The notes beneath the pieces were generated by a model. The model saw only the letters and a list, made by a program, of their open reading frames with translations, did no database searches and had not been told where the DNA came from. Below, one piece after another: positions 39,450-47,905 of a DNA stretch of 64,000 nucleotides. Position 1 is the first letter of the stretch. Each line of letters opens with the position of its first letter. The position numbers and the translations under genes were made by a program. The DNA is from an uncultured Nitrospiraceae bacterium (GTDB taxonomy: Bacteria; Nitrospirota; Nitrospiria; Nitrospirales; Nitrospiraceae), in contig CAVPLT010000004.1 of assembly GCA_963706325.1 (NCBI GenBank), forward strand, positions 480,001 to 544,000. Reading direction: 5' to 3'.

Positions 39450-39574
39450 CAGGATGCTGAAAAAGCCCGCCAGCGTCGTTCTCGCGTCGCTCTGAAGCTT
39501 CTACGTACAGAATGGAGTACGTGTCGCATCCTCGCTAGCTGTGGCCTTGCTGGACGGCCATTTTGAGCATCCTG
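39450..39574. repeat. Intact ~125 bp MITE/REP-like element with terminal inverted repeats
   Basis: Ends CAGGATGCTGAAAA ... TTTTGAGCATCCTG (13/14 inverted match) with further internal complementarity. Related copies lie at 3121, 57351 and 63436. Confidence 0.85.
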
Positions 39575-39790
39575 TGGGAATGTTTTTCCGTGGTTCCAAA
39601 GGTTTCAACGCGTCCAAGCGCGTCGCGGGCGCATCTTAACATGCGCCGTGGGGGCTCACAAGATAACGGCGAGTCGCCCGTTCTGGTTCAAAAGGTTGTG
39701 GCGGACTGAAGCCCTGTGATATACATCCGACGATTCAGTACGTTGGATTCATATCGCCAGCCTAATCCCATAACCGTTGAAGGAGAGACT

Positions 39791-39910
39791 ATGCCCAGGG
39801 GACGAGAGAAGGATCGCAAGACTCGCAAGAAGCATCGGAAGAACGTGGCGCGTGTGAAGGGGTTGGCTAAGACTCGTCGAGCGGCGGCAAAAAAAGTGAA
39901 GCGAGGGTAG
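39791..39910 (+). CDS. Very basic 39-aa small protein
   Basis: RBS AAGGAGAG before the ATG; MPRGREKDRKTRKKHRKNVARVKGLAKTRRAAAKKVKRG. Confidence 0.7.
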   Translation: MPRGREKDRKTRKKHRKNVARVKGLAKTRRAAAKKVKRG

Positions 39911-39922
39911 GGAAGGGAGATA

Positions 39923-41098
39923 TTAGCCGGCGGTGCTCAATCGTTTGATCTCTGCCCGCACCTGGGTGTCTATTACTTCCGGAACGATCCGCTGAACTGC
40001 CTGCTGGATTTGGTCCTTCGCCATTTGGTGGACAATTTCATCCGCCGCCTGCCGCGCGCAGTTCCCGGCGACTCGCTCAACTTCTTTCTTGACCAGCTGG
40101 TCGATCATGTCCAGATGGGTTTGCAGTGCCTCAGGCAGGTGTGTTTGTACTCCGGCCTCCGCAAGGTCACCCAGTTGTTTTTCCACCGACTGTTCAAGGA
40201 TTGCAGGGGCCAGGTCAGAGACGGCTTGGCGGACTGCGGTTTCGACGCCGGCAAGATGGGCCTGGGATTGACGTCGCAATTCCTCTTGAATGAGATCCCG
40301 CATAGCAGTCTGGAGACGTTCCGGAGCAAGCGCTTCGGTGAGCTGTTTGGCCACTTCTGTCCGCACTGCCGTTTGCACGGCATTGCCCACTTGCCCCGCC
40401 ACTTCCCTGCTAATCGCCGACGGCAGCAGATCTGTTATCTTCCGGTCGGCTTGCAGGACGACCGATTGCAGTAAATGATCGAAGAGTCCCTTCATGAGTG
40501 CGTCGCCGGCCGTCATAGTTGACGCGGCAGAGGAAGGGGACGGATTAGCAGTGTGAGAGGGTGATGGGGACATGGCAGTCGGTTCCTTCTCCGTCTTGTC
40601 GTAGGGGGCATCATCGACGGACCCTTTCGGCGTCGACTCGTCATCCTCATCATTGGTTTCCGTGAAAATGGGTGGCCATGTGCGCGGCTTCGCAGGTTTT
40701 GCGGCGCTCTTTTTTCCCGCGACGTCGTTCAGTATGCCGTTAATTGTATCGAGAAGTTGCTCACGCTGGAACGGTTTCGTAAGAAAAGCGCGGACACCAA
40801 GGGCGCGCAGCTTGCTTTCATCCAGCTTGTCGGATGGGTCTACGAGAGAGATGACCAGCGTTTCCGCCAAATTATCCAGTTTGCTGATCTCCTTGCAGAA
40901 TCCCGAGAAGGTCATGTTCTCAAGGTGAAAGTCGGCGAGTATGAGCGACGGACTGATTTGGCGGGCCGCCTCCAGGGCTTTCGGTCCATCCTGAAACCCG
41001 ATGACCTCATAACCCTCGCGGATAGAAATTTCTTCCACCATGCGACGGACGGCAGGACTGCTGTCGACCACAAAGATACTAGCACCCATCTCGTTCAC
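39923..41098 (-). CDS. RomR-like response regulator (REC + acidic/Pro-rich linker + helical C-terminus)
   Basis: REC motifs VVDSS, LADF and LTKPF; disordered linker; C-terminal AVQRIVPEVIDTQVRAEIKRL; adjacent to valS. Confidence 0.75.
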   Translation of the reverse strand: MNEMGASIFVVDSSPAVRRMVEEISIREGYEVIGFQDGPKALEAARQISPSLILADFHLENMTFSGFCKEISKLDNLAETLVISLVDPSDKLDESKLRALGVRAFLTKPFQREQLLDTINGILNDVAGKKSAAKPAKPRTWPPIFTETNDEDDESTPKGSVDDAPYDKTEKEPTAMSPSPSHTANPSPSSAASTMTAGDALMKGLFDHLLQSVVLQADRKITDLLPSAISREVAGQVGNAVQTAVRTEVAKQLTEALAPERLQTAMRDLIQEELRRQSQAHLAGVETAVRQAVSDLAPAILEQSVEKQLGDLAEAGVQTHLPEALQTHLDMIDQLVKKEVERVAGNCARQAADEIVHQMAKDQIQQAVQRIVPEVIDTQVRAEIKRLSTAG

Positions 41099-41118
41099 CC
41101 CAGTTCATGGCTAGTGCG

Positions 41119-41147
41119 ACGCTAGCAAAGGCCTGGAAAACTGTCAA
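41119..41147 (-). promoter_or_regulatory. Sigma70-type promoter for the RomR-like gene
   Basis: On the minus strand: TTGACA, a 17 nt spacer ending TGC, then TAGCGT. Confidence 0.55.
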
Positions 41148-41293
41148 AGAAAACGCTGAAACCAGCCGGGTGTGCGGTGCTGGATGGTCGGATGCAAAAC
41201 TGGTAGTTGGTTTTACCGTCCTGCTAGAATCCGGCCAGCACACGAACCGTGGGGCTAATCGCTGAGCCGGATTCTAAGGAGCTACAGATCACG

Positions 41294-42019
41294 ATGACCC
41301 AGAGTCGCATTCAAGTGGTGTTCTTTGATGCCGCCGACACGCTGTTCCACATTCACGGGTCCGTTGCGGACATCTACCTGCAGTACGCTGAAAAACATGG
41401 GTTCAAGAAGACCGGTGAGTCGTTGGGAGCCATTAAGGTGGCTTTTGGACGAGCCTTTCGCGATGCTCCCCCCCCGGTGTTTGCCGCGACGGAGCCGATG
41501 GCGATCAAACAATCGGAGCGTTTGTGGTGGTTCGACATCGTGCACAATGTGTTTTATCGCGTTGGGATGTTCGGAGGTTTTGATGAGTTTTTCGAAGAGG
41601 TCTTTGCCGTATTTGAACGACCGGATTCGTGGCGCCTCTTTCCGGAGACGCGAGATGTACTGGCGACGTTAAAAGCGCAAGGATTCGAACTGGGCATCAT
41701 CTCAAACTTCGACTCGCGATTGTTTTCCGTCTTGCGCGGGTTGGGAATTGCCGATCTCTTCGATACCATCACCATTTCGAGTCTGGCCCACGCCGCCAAA
41801 CCCTCTGCGCGCATCTTTCAGCAGGCCTTGGACAAACATGCGGTCGACCCGGCCGATGCCCTTCATGTGGGCGACAGTCAGCGGGACGATGTGAAGGGCG
41901 CCCAGGGCGTCGGACTGACAGGGGTGCTGTTGGCGCGTGCAGGACCGGCGCATCCGTCGAACGGATTTACGATCACCAATCTCGACGACCTTCTGCCGCT
42001 TCTCTCACGTCTCCAGTAG
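41294..42019 (+). CDS. HAD-IA family hydrolase (REG-2-like)
   Basis: FFDAADTL, GIISNFD, AKP and HVGDS..DD..GA..G. Confidence 0.92.
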   Translation: MTQSRIQVVFFDAADTLFHIHGSVADIYLQYAEKHGFKKTGESLGAIKVAFGRAFRDAPPPVFAATEPMAIKQSERLWWFDIVHNVFYRVGMFGGFDEFFEEVFAVFERPDSWRLFPETRDVLATLKAQGFELGIISNFDSRLFSVLRGLGIADLFDTITISSLAHAAKPSARIFQQALDKHAVDPADALHVGDSQRDDVKGAQGVGLTGVLLARAGPAHPSNGFTITNLDDLLPLLSRLQ

Positions 42020-42736
42020 GAGGGGGACAAGGTCTTTTGCGCGGCCCCGAAGCGCTGCATCGACTAAACCGGTGTGGGACGTGGGATCCAGATTGATCTC
42101 CACGACGAAAGCGCCGGCCTGTTTGGCAATCGAGGCGAAGCCCGCCGCCGGATACACCAGCCCAGAAGTGCCGATGATCAGGCAGAGGTCGCTGGACTGC
42201 AAAGCGGTGTAACTCCTCTGAAGGTCTTCCTCGGCGAGTGATTCTCCAAACCAGACGATGTGTGGGCGGAGTAGCCCGCCGCAGATGACGCACAGGGGCG
42301 GAATTGCGATCGGCACGTCACGATTTTCCTTCACGCTGCGGCACTGAGTGCAGCGAACCATCCAGATGTTGCCGTGAATCTCGGACAATTTACGTGAGCC
42401 GGCGTCGCGATGCAGTCCATCCACATTCTGCGTGATCAACCAAAACTGTTCGAACTGCCGCTCCATCTTCGCCACGGCATCATGGGCTGGGTTGGGTCGT
42501 TTGGTGGCGATGAGTTCGCGCCGCCAGTTATACCACTCCCACACGAGCCGGGGATCACGCTCAAAGGCCTCTGGTGTGGCCAGGTCTTCCGCGCGAAAAT
42601 TCTGCCAGAGTCCGTCGGTCCCGCGGAATGTCGGCACGCCGCTGTCGGCAGAAATACCGGCGCCTGTGAGCACGGCCACAGATCTTGCCGAGGAGAGTTT
42701 GCGTTGAATCAGGCTGAGGGTTGATCCGGTTCCCAT
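42005..42736 (-). CDS. cobB: NAD-dependent protein deacylase (sirtuin, class III-like)
   Basis: TGAGISADSG.PTFRG, W.WY..RR, TQNVDGLH, HG, two CxxC, RPHIVWFGE and GTSGLVYPAA. The real start is ATG 42736, not the ORF-track start. Confidence 0.95.
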   Translation of the reverse strand: MGTGSTLSLIQRKLSSARSVAVLTGAGISADSGVPTFRGTDGLWQNFRAEDLATPEAFERDPRLVWEWYNWRRELIATKRPNPAHDAVAKMERQFEQFWLITQNVDGLHRDAGSRKLSEIHGNIWMVRCTQCRSVKENRDVPIAIPPLCVICGGLLRPHIVWFGESLAEEDLQRSYTALQSSDLCLIIGTSGLVYPAAGFASIAKQAGAFVVEINLDPTSHTGLVDAALRGRAKDLVPLLLET

Positions 42737-42826
42737 CGGCGTCGAAGAGAGATGATGTTCCCTGTTTTGGAGGCGCGGCTGCATGCTATAGTACCGTCTT
42801 TTCGAACGCAACGAGTGAGGACTCTC

Positions 42827-44194
42827 ATGAAGCAGATCATGATGGTGGGGGCGGGGTCGGTCGGAGGATTTTTCGGGGCGCATCTGGCCAAAAACAATCC
42901 CAATGTGTCGTTCCTTCTTCGCCCTAGGACCTTGGAGGCGGTGAAGCGCCATGGCTTGATGATCAAAAGCGCCAAGGGCAATTTCACTGTTCATCCTCCG
43001 GCAGCCTCCGATCCGCGACAACTCGCGGCGCCGGATCTCATTATTCTCGGCGTCAAAGCCTACGACCTCGACGAGGTGATGGCGCAACTCGAGCCGGTCA
43101 TGACTGAGGGCACCGTGATTCTTACCCTTCAGAACGGCATCGATACGGAAGATCGGATCATTGCAAGGGTGCACCGCGATTGTGTGGTCGGCGGCGTGGC
43201 GTTCATCTATTCCAAAATCATTGAACCGGGTATCATCGAGCATTACAAGCGGGGTGGCGTGGCGATCGGCGAACTCATGGGCCACCAGAGCGAGCGTCTG
43301 CTGCAGATCGTTGAGGTGTTCAAGCAGGCCGGTATATCCTGCCAACTCAGCGACGATATCCGCAAAAGCAAATGGGAAAAGATGTGCTGGAATTGTGTCT
43401 TCAACCCCGTCACGGTGTTGATCGACGACAAGGTGGCGAAGGCTCTGGACCATCCGGAGATGGCTGGGGTGATTCGGCAGATAGTGGGCGAGGTCGCTGC
43501 CGTGTCGGCTGCGCTGAAAGTCCCCCTTGCCCCGGACATGGCCGAGAAGGTGGTGAAGTGGACACAGGAGCTCCGCGACATCCATACCTCGATGTACGAT
43601 GACTGGAAAGCCAAACGTCCGACCGAGATCGATTATTTGAACGGCTATATCGTCCGCATGGGACGAGAGTTGGGGATTCCCACGCCGGTGAACGAAGCTC
43701 TGACGGCGATGGTGAAGACAGTCACCGAGCGGGAACCCTCGGGTCCCGGCGTCGTCCGGATCGAGGGCGCCGTCGTACAGCCGGTATCCTTGACCCGTTC
43801 GGCGCTGGCACAGCTTCCGAAGGAACAGCTCGTCGAAGATGTCAGCCGGTTGATGCCGTCGATGCGCGGTCGGGCTATTCGAGTGAACGGCCTCCTGGAC
43901 ATTCCGGCCCTCGCGGTCGATGCCGACCATGTCACGTTCCACTCAGTCGACGGCAAGTATGCGGCTACATTGACGCTCCAACAGGCGCGCGACTATGGGC
44001 TGTTGCTCTTCGAGCTCGACGGTCAGCCGCTGCCGGACGATAAGGGCGGCCCCTATCGCTTAATCACGCCTGGGCTGGGCGACCTCTGCGCGAATGTGAA
44101 GAGCGTGGGGAGGATCGAAGTGCGGGCAGGCTCAGGGAAGGATACGCGGCCGTCCGTTCGGCCGCCGGAATGCACGACCGGGGGACAAAGCTAA
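42827..44194 (+). CDS. panE: 2-dehydropantoate 2-reductase fused to a C-terminal molybdopterin-oxidoreductase-like domain
   Basis: GAGSVG, VKAYD, LQNGI, WEK..WN..FN, SM.DD...RPTEIDYLNG and P.N; an extra ~150 aa includes DG.PL...KGGP.RL..P...NVK.V.RIEV. Confidence 0.88.
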   Translation: MKQIMMVGAGSVGGFFGAHLAKNNPNVSFLLRPRTLEAVKRHGLMIKSAKGNFTVHPPAASDPRQLAAPDLIILGVKAYDLDEVMAQLEPVMTEGTVILTLQNGIDTEDRIIARVHRDCVVGGVAFIYSKIIEPGIIEHYKRGGVAIGELMGHQSERLLQIVEVFKQAGISCQLSDDIRKSKWEKMCWNCVFNPVTVLIDDKVAKALDHPEMAGVIRQIVGEVAAVSAALKVPLAPDMAEKVVKWTQELRDIHTSMYDDWKAKRPTEIDYLNGYIVRMGRELGIPTPVNEALTAMVKTVTEREPSGPGVVRIEGAVVQPVSLTRSALAQLPKEQLVEDVSRLMPSMRGRAIRVNGLLDIPALAVDADHVTFHSVDGKYAATLTLQQARDYGLLLFELDGQPLPDDKGGPYRLITPGLGDLCANVKSVGRIEVRAGSGKDTRPSVRPPECTTGGQS

Positions 44195-44200
44195 ATCCGT

Positions 44201-45538
44201 TCATGTTGCGGAGGATCGGAAGACCTGAATAGTTTTCCATCGCTCGGACCGATAGCGCCATAGCATCAGCCCCATGCGCACTGTCCAGTCTACGATCATT
44301 GCCAGCCAGACATATAAGACACCCATCGTCAGCCAGTACCCGAGGATAAAGGCAATCGGGATACGCACGCCCCACATGCCGATCATCGTAGCGATCATGA
44401 TGAAACGGGTGTCACCTGCGCCTCGGAGTGAACCGGCCAACACCATCGTCAAGGCCAACGGCACTTGCAGCAAGGCCACGATTTTGAGAAACACGGTGCC
44501 CAGCTCGATGACGGCTTCATCGTTGGTGAAGGCGCGGAGCAGGACGTAAGGAAAAAAGAAGAAGACGACACCCATTGCCGACATGATATAGGTGGCCAAC
44601 CGGTTCGCTTCCCAGTTTTCGAGTTTGGCCCGAGTATATTTTCCCGCGCCGATACTTTGACCCACCATGGTGGCTGCTGCGATGGCGAAGCCATAACCGG
44701 GCAGGAACGAGAGCGATTCAATCGATAAGCCGACTTGATGGGCCGCGTAGGATACGGTGCCGTAGACCAGGACGATTTTGGTGTAGAGCAGAATTCCGGC
44801 CTGTTGCACGATTCGCTCCCCTGAGACAGGAGCCCCCACCTTCCAGATGGCGCGAATCAGGTCGAGTCGAATCCGTTTCGAAGGTCGGAGAATCGGCCGG
44901 CAACGAGCAAGCAAAAAGAGCGACCCTGCCGCCTCGGCGACCCCCACAGCCACCGCGGCCCCCTTCACGCCGAATGCCGGCAATCCCCATTGGCCATAAA
45001 TCAGCGGATAGGCGATGGCGATGTGAAGGATATTCACCATAATCATGGCGTACATCGGAGTCTTCGTGTCGCCGGTTCCCTGGAGAATTGAGGAGAGGAC
45101 TGCGAGCAGGACCGTGAAGGGAATGACAAAAAAGATCAGGGTGGAATAGGGCAGCGCGAGCGCAATGACCTCCGGCTGCGCGCCAAGCAACACCATAATC
45201 AGTCTGTTCGCCGAGAGGCCGAGTATGGCCAGCGCGAGGGAGACCAATACGGAGAGCCCCAAAAAGTGCCGAGCAGCCTGGCCTGCCTCCGCGTAACGGC
45301 GAGCACCCCACTGTTGCGCGATGATCACGTTGGTGCCCACCGAGAGCCCAGAGACCAATGTCGTGGCGATGAAGGCGAGTAACTGACCCAATCCGACGGC
45401 GGCAATGGGAATCACGCCCAACCCTCCCACGAGAAAGACTGCGACGATGCCTTCCGTCCGCTGCAGCAAGCTGCTGACGGTGACGGGGAGCGCCAGGGTC
45501 ATGACTGATCGTCTGATTTGTGCGACGCCGTTTGCCAT
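44201..45538 (-). CDS. MATE family efflux transporter
   Basis: About 12 hydrophobic segments; LALPV, G.GDTKTPM, RGAGDTR and VGQSIGAG. Confidence 0.93.
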   Translation of the reverse strand: MANGVAQIRRSVMTLALPVTVSSLLQRTEGIVAVFLVGGLGVIPIAAVGLGQLLAFIATTLVSGLSVGTNVIIAQQWGARRYAEAGQAARHFLGLSVLVSLALAILGLSANRLIMVLLGAQPEVIALALPYSTLIFFVIPFTVLLAVLSSILQGTGDTKTPMYAMIMVNILHIAIAYPLIYGQWGLPAFGVKGAAVAVGVAEAAGSLFLLARCRPILRPSKRIRLDLIRAIWKVGAPVSGERIVQQAGILLYTKIVLVYGTVSYAAHQVGLSIESLSFLPGYGFAIAAATMVGQSIGAGKYTRAKLENWEANRLATYIMSAMGVVFFFFPYVLLRAFTNDEAVIELGTVFLKIVALLQVPLALTMVLAGSLRGAGDTRFIMIATMIGMWGVRIPIAFILGYWLTMGVLYVWLAMIVDWTVRMGLMLWRYRSERWKTIQVFRSSAT

Positions 45539-45640
45539 GGGGAGCCATCCTACCAGAACTCAGCCGCAGTCGCGGACGTCCTGTTGCGCAGCCGTGGAGC
45601 TGGACAATCGGATCACTCCTTCTGTAGCCTGCAATATCTT

Positions 45641-47146
45641 ATGGAGATATGGCCTGAATCTGACGCTCGTTCCTCCTATCGGCTGTCCAAATCGAAATAC
45701 CTGTCCGGACTGCAGTGCCACAAGCGTCTGTACCTGGAAATCCATGCCCCGGCGTTGGCGACGAAGCCGGATGCCGCCACGCAGGCAATTCTCAACATGG
45801 GTACCGATATCGGTGAATTGGCTCGCGAACGGTTTCCTGGCGGCCGTCTCGTCAAGGCCGGGTACCGTCAGTCTCAAGAGGCGCTGGATCAGACAGCAGA
45901 GCTGCTTCAGGATCCAACCCTGCCGGCCATATTCGAGGGAGCGTTTCAATATAACCAGGTCCTGGTTCGTGTCGATGTGCTGGAACGGGTCGGGGTGAAC
46001 GAATTGGGACAACCGACCTGGCGCTTGGTGGAAGTGAAATCCTCGACCAAGTTGAAGGCCACGCACCTGGATGATCTCACCATTCAAAGTTATGTTCTGG
46101 AAGGGGTCGGCTTGGCGCTCGTGGATATCTGTCTGATGCATGTGAATACGCAGTATGTCTTCGATGGGAAGCAGCTCGATCTCGGGCAGTTATTTAGTCT
46201 CCGCCCATTGAACGAGATGGTGCGTCCACGATTGCCGGAAGTCCCTGCGCGTCTGGCCGCCATGCACACGATGTTGGCGGAGATGTCTGCGCCGGCCCTT
46301 GTTCCGGATGAGCATTGCCAAAGTCCCTACGAATGTCCATTTTGGGCTCATTGCACGCAGGACAAGCCGCCTCGGTGGATCTATTACCTTCCGGGAAGCA
46401 GCAAGACGGTGACCCTTCTCCGCGAGCTTGGCGTCGAGACCATCGATGACATTCCAGACCATGCGACGTTGACGCCGGTGCAGCGCCGGGTGAAGGACAA
46501 TCGAGAATGGATCGGCGAAGGGTTGAGGACTGCGTTAGCGAAAGTCCGATATCCCGTACATCATCTGGATTTTGAGACCTTCATGCCGGCGGTGCCGAAA
46601 TTTAGTGCGACCAGGCCCTATCAGGTGATCCCGACGCAGTGGTCGAATCATATCGAACAGATCGATGGAACCCTGCGCCATGCAGAGTATCTCTGCCTCG
46701 ATGGACGTGATCCACGCGAAGAGCTGACGGTGAGACTGTTGGAGTCCCTGGGGCAGGAGGGGAGTATCTGTGTGTATTCCAGTTACGAGCGCTCGATTCT
46801 AGAACGGCTCGCCGAAGACTTCCCTTCACTCAAGCAGGACATCAAGGCTGTCATCGCAAGACTGTGGGATCTTCACCTGGTCATCAGGGATCACTATTAC
46901 CATCCGGCATTCGACGGCAGCTACTCGATCAAGGCCGTCCTGCCGGCAGTGGTGCCGTCGTTAAGTTATGGGGATCTGGTCATTGGCGACGGCGGCGTGG
47001 CAGCCTGCGAATACGCTCGTATGATTTTCACCGTCAGTGACTGGATCGAAAAGGCAGAGATTGAAGAAGCCTTACTGCGGTATTGCGAGCGGGATACGCT
47101 GGCGATGGTCGAGCTGCGGAGGGAGTTGAAGAAAAGAGCCGGTTAA
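45641..47146 (+). CDS. DUF2779-like protein (Cas4/RecB-like nuclease + RNase H-like/DEDD domain)
   Basis: LSKSKY..GLQC.KRL, RVDVL...EVKSS, CxxPxxCPFxxxC, LDFET, SYSIKAVLP and YCERDT. Confidence 0.82.
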   Translation: MEIWPESDARSSYRLSKSKYLSGLQCHKRLYLEIHAPALATKPDAATQAILNMGTDIGELARERFPGGRLVKAGYRQSQEALDQTAELLQDPTLPAIFEGAFQYNQVLVRVDVLERVGVNELGQPTWRLVEVKSSTKLKATHLDDLTIQSYVLEGVGLALVDICLMHVNTQYVFDGKQLDLGQLFSLRPLNEMVRPRLPEVPARLAAMHTMLAEMSAPALVPDEHCQSPYECPFWAHCTQDKPPRWIYYLPGSSKTVTLLRELGVETIDDIPDHATLTPVQRRVKDNREWIGEGLRTALAKVRYPVHHLDFETFMPAVPKFSATRPYQVIPTQWSNHIEQIDGTLRHAEYLCLDGRDPREELTVRLLESLGQEGSICVYSSYERSILERLAEDFPSLKQDIKAVIARLWDLHLVIRDHYYHPAFDGSYSIKAVLPAVVPSLSYGDLVIGDGGVAACEYARMIFTVSDWIEKAEIEEALLRYCERDTLAMVELRRELKKRAG

Positions 47147-47277
47147 CGCCTGCCTCTGGTCCTGATCCACTTCACCATCTGTACACAGGTCGTTTCGATT
47201 TTCTCATCCGCCATGAGCGCGACGCCTCCGAGAGCCAAGAGCGTCATCACCACCGCGAATTCAGTTTGTTCAAACAT
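47143..47277 (-). CDS. 44-aa single-TM small protein
   Basis: Strong RBS AAAGGAGG; hydrophobic FAVVMTLLALGGVALMA and a basic C-terminus. Confidence 0.65.
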   Translation of the reverse strand: MFEQTEFAVVMTLLALGGVALMADEKIETTCVQMVKWIRTRGRR

Positions 47278-47631
47278 GCGGTCCTCCTTTGTGGACCAGA
47301 GACTATCCTGGACCGGCGCAAGCGAACAGACCACTAGACGCGGGGGACAGCCCCGCCCCTCGGTAGGTGCTGAGCCAGCAAGTCGCTGGCGCAGAAGGAA
47401 GCAGAAAAGGTGGGGGAGCGTATGGAGAAATTAGGGATAGATATCAGGGCGCTGGGATGGATTGCTGAAAAGTCCCCCCGACGAGCGAGTTGGTATGGCA
47501 ACGGAGGGCTTTTGTGCATCCCTAGTCAGTCTTTTAGGGGAATATTGCGTATCGTTGCAGGAGAGAGTTGGAAGGTGACTTGCGCGTCACCAAGATCTAC
47601 CAGCACGGCTCCGTGGCGGGCGTGTGTGGGG

Positions 47632-47721
<90 letters not shown>

Positions 47722-47905
47722 GCACTAGGGCCCGGCAAGAGGTGCAGCTTAACGTGGTCGATGGCAGGATTCAAATGAAATCATGTGCTTGGATGGGGGA
47801 TTTCTTCCTCCCTTTCGGGTATCGCGCAAGTGAACAAAAGGTGATTCCGTTTTGTAACATACGCATTCCGCCGTAAACTCACCTCGAGACAGGCCACGGT
47901 CGTTT

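Noticed and set aside
42737..43942. Apparent 400-aa N-terminal extension of the sirtuin (645-aa ORF)
   Set aside because: It is mostly the antisense shadow of panE; sirtuin homology begins at ATG 42736.
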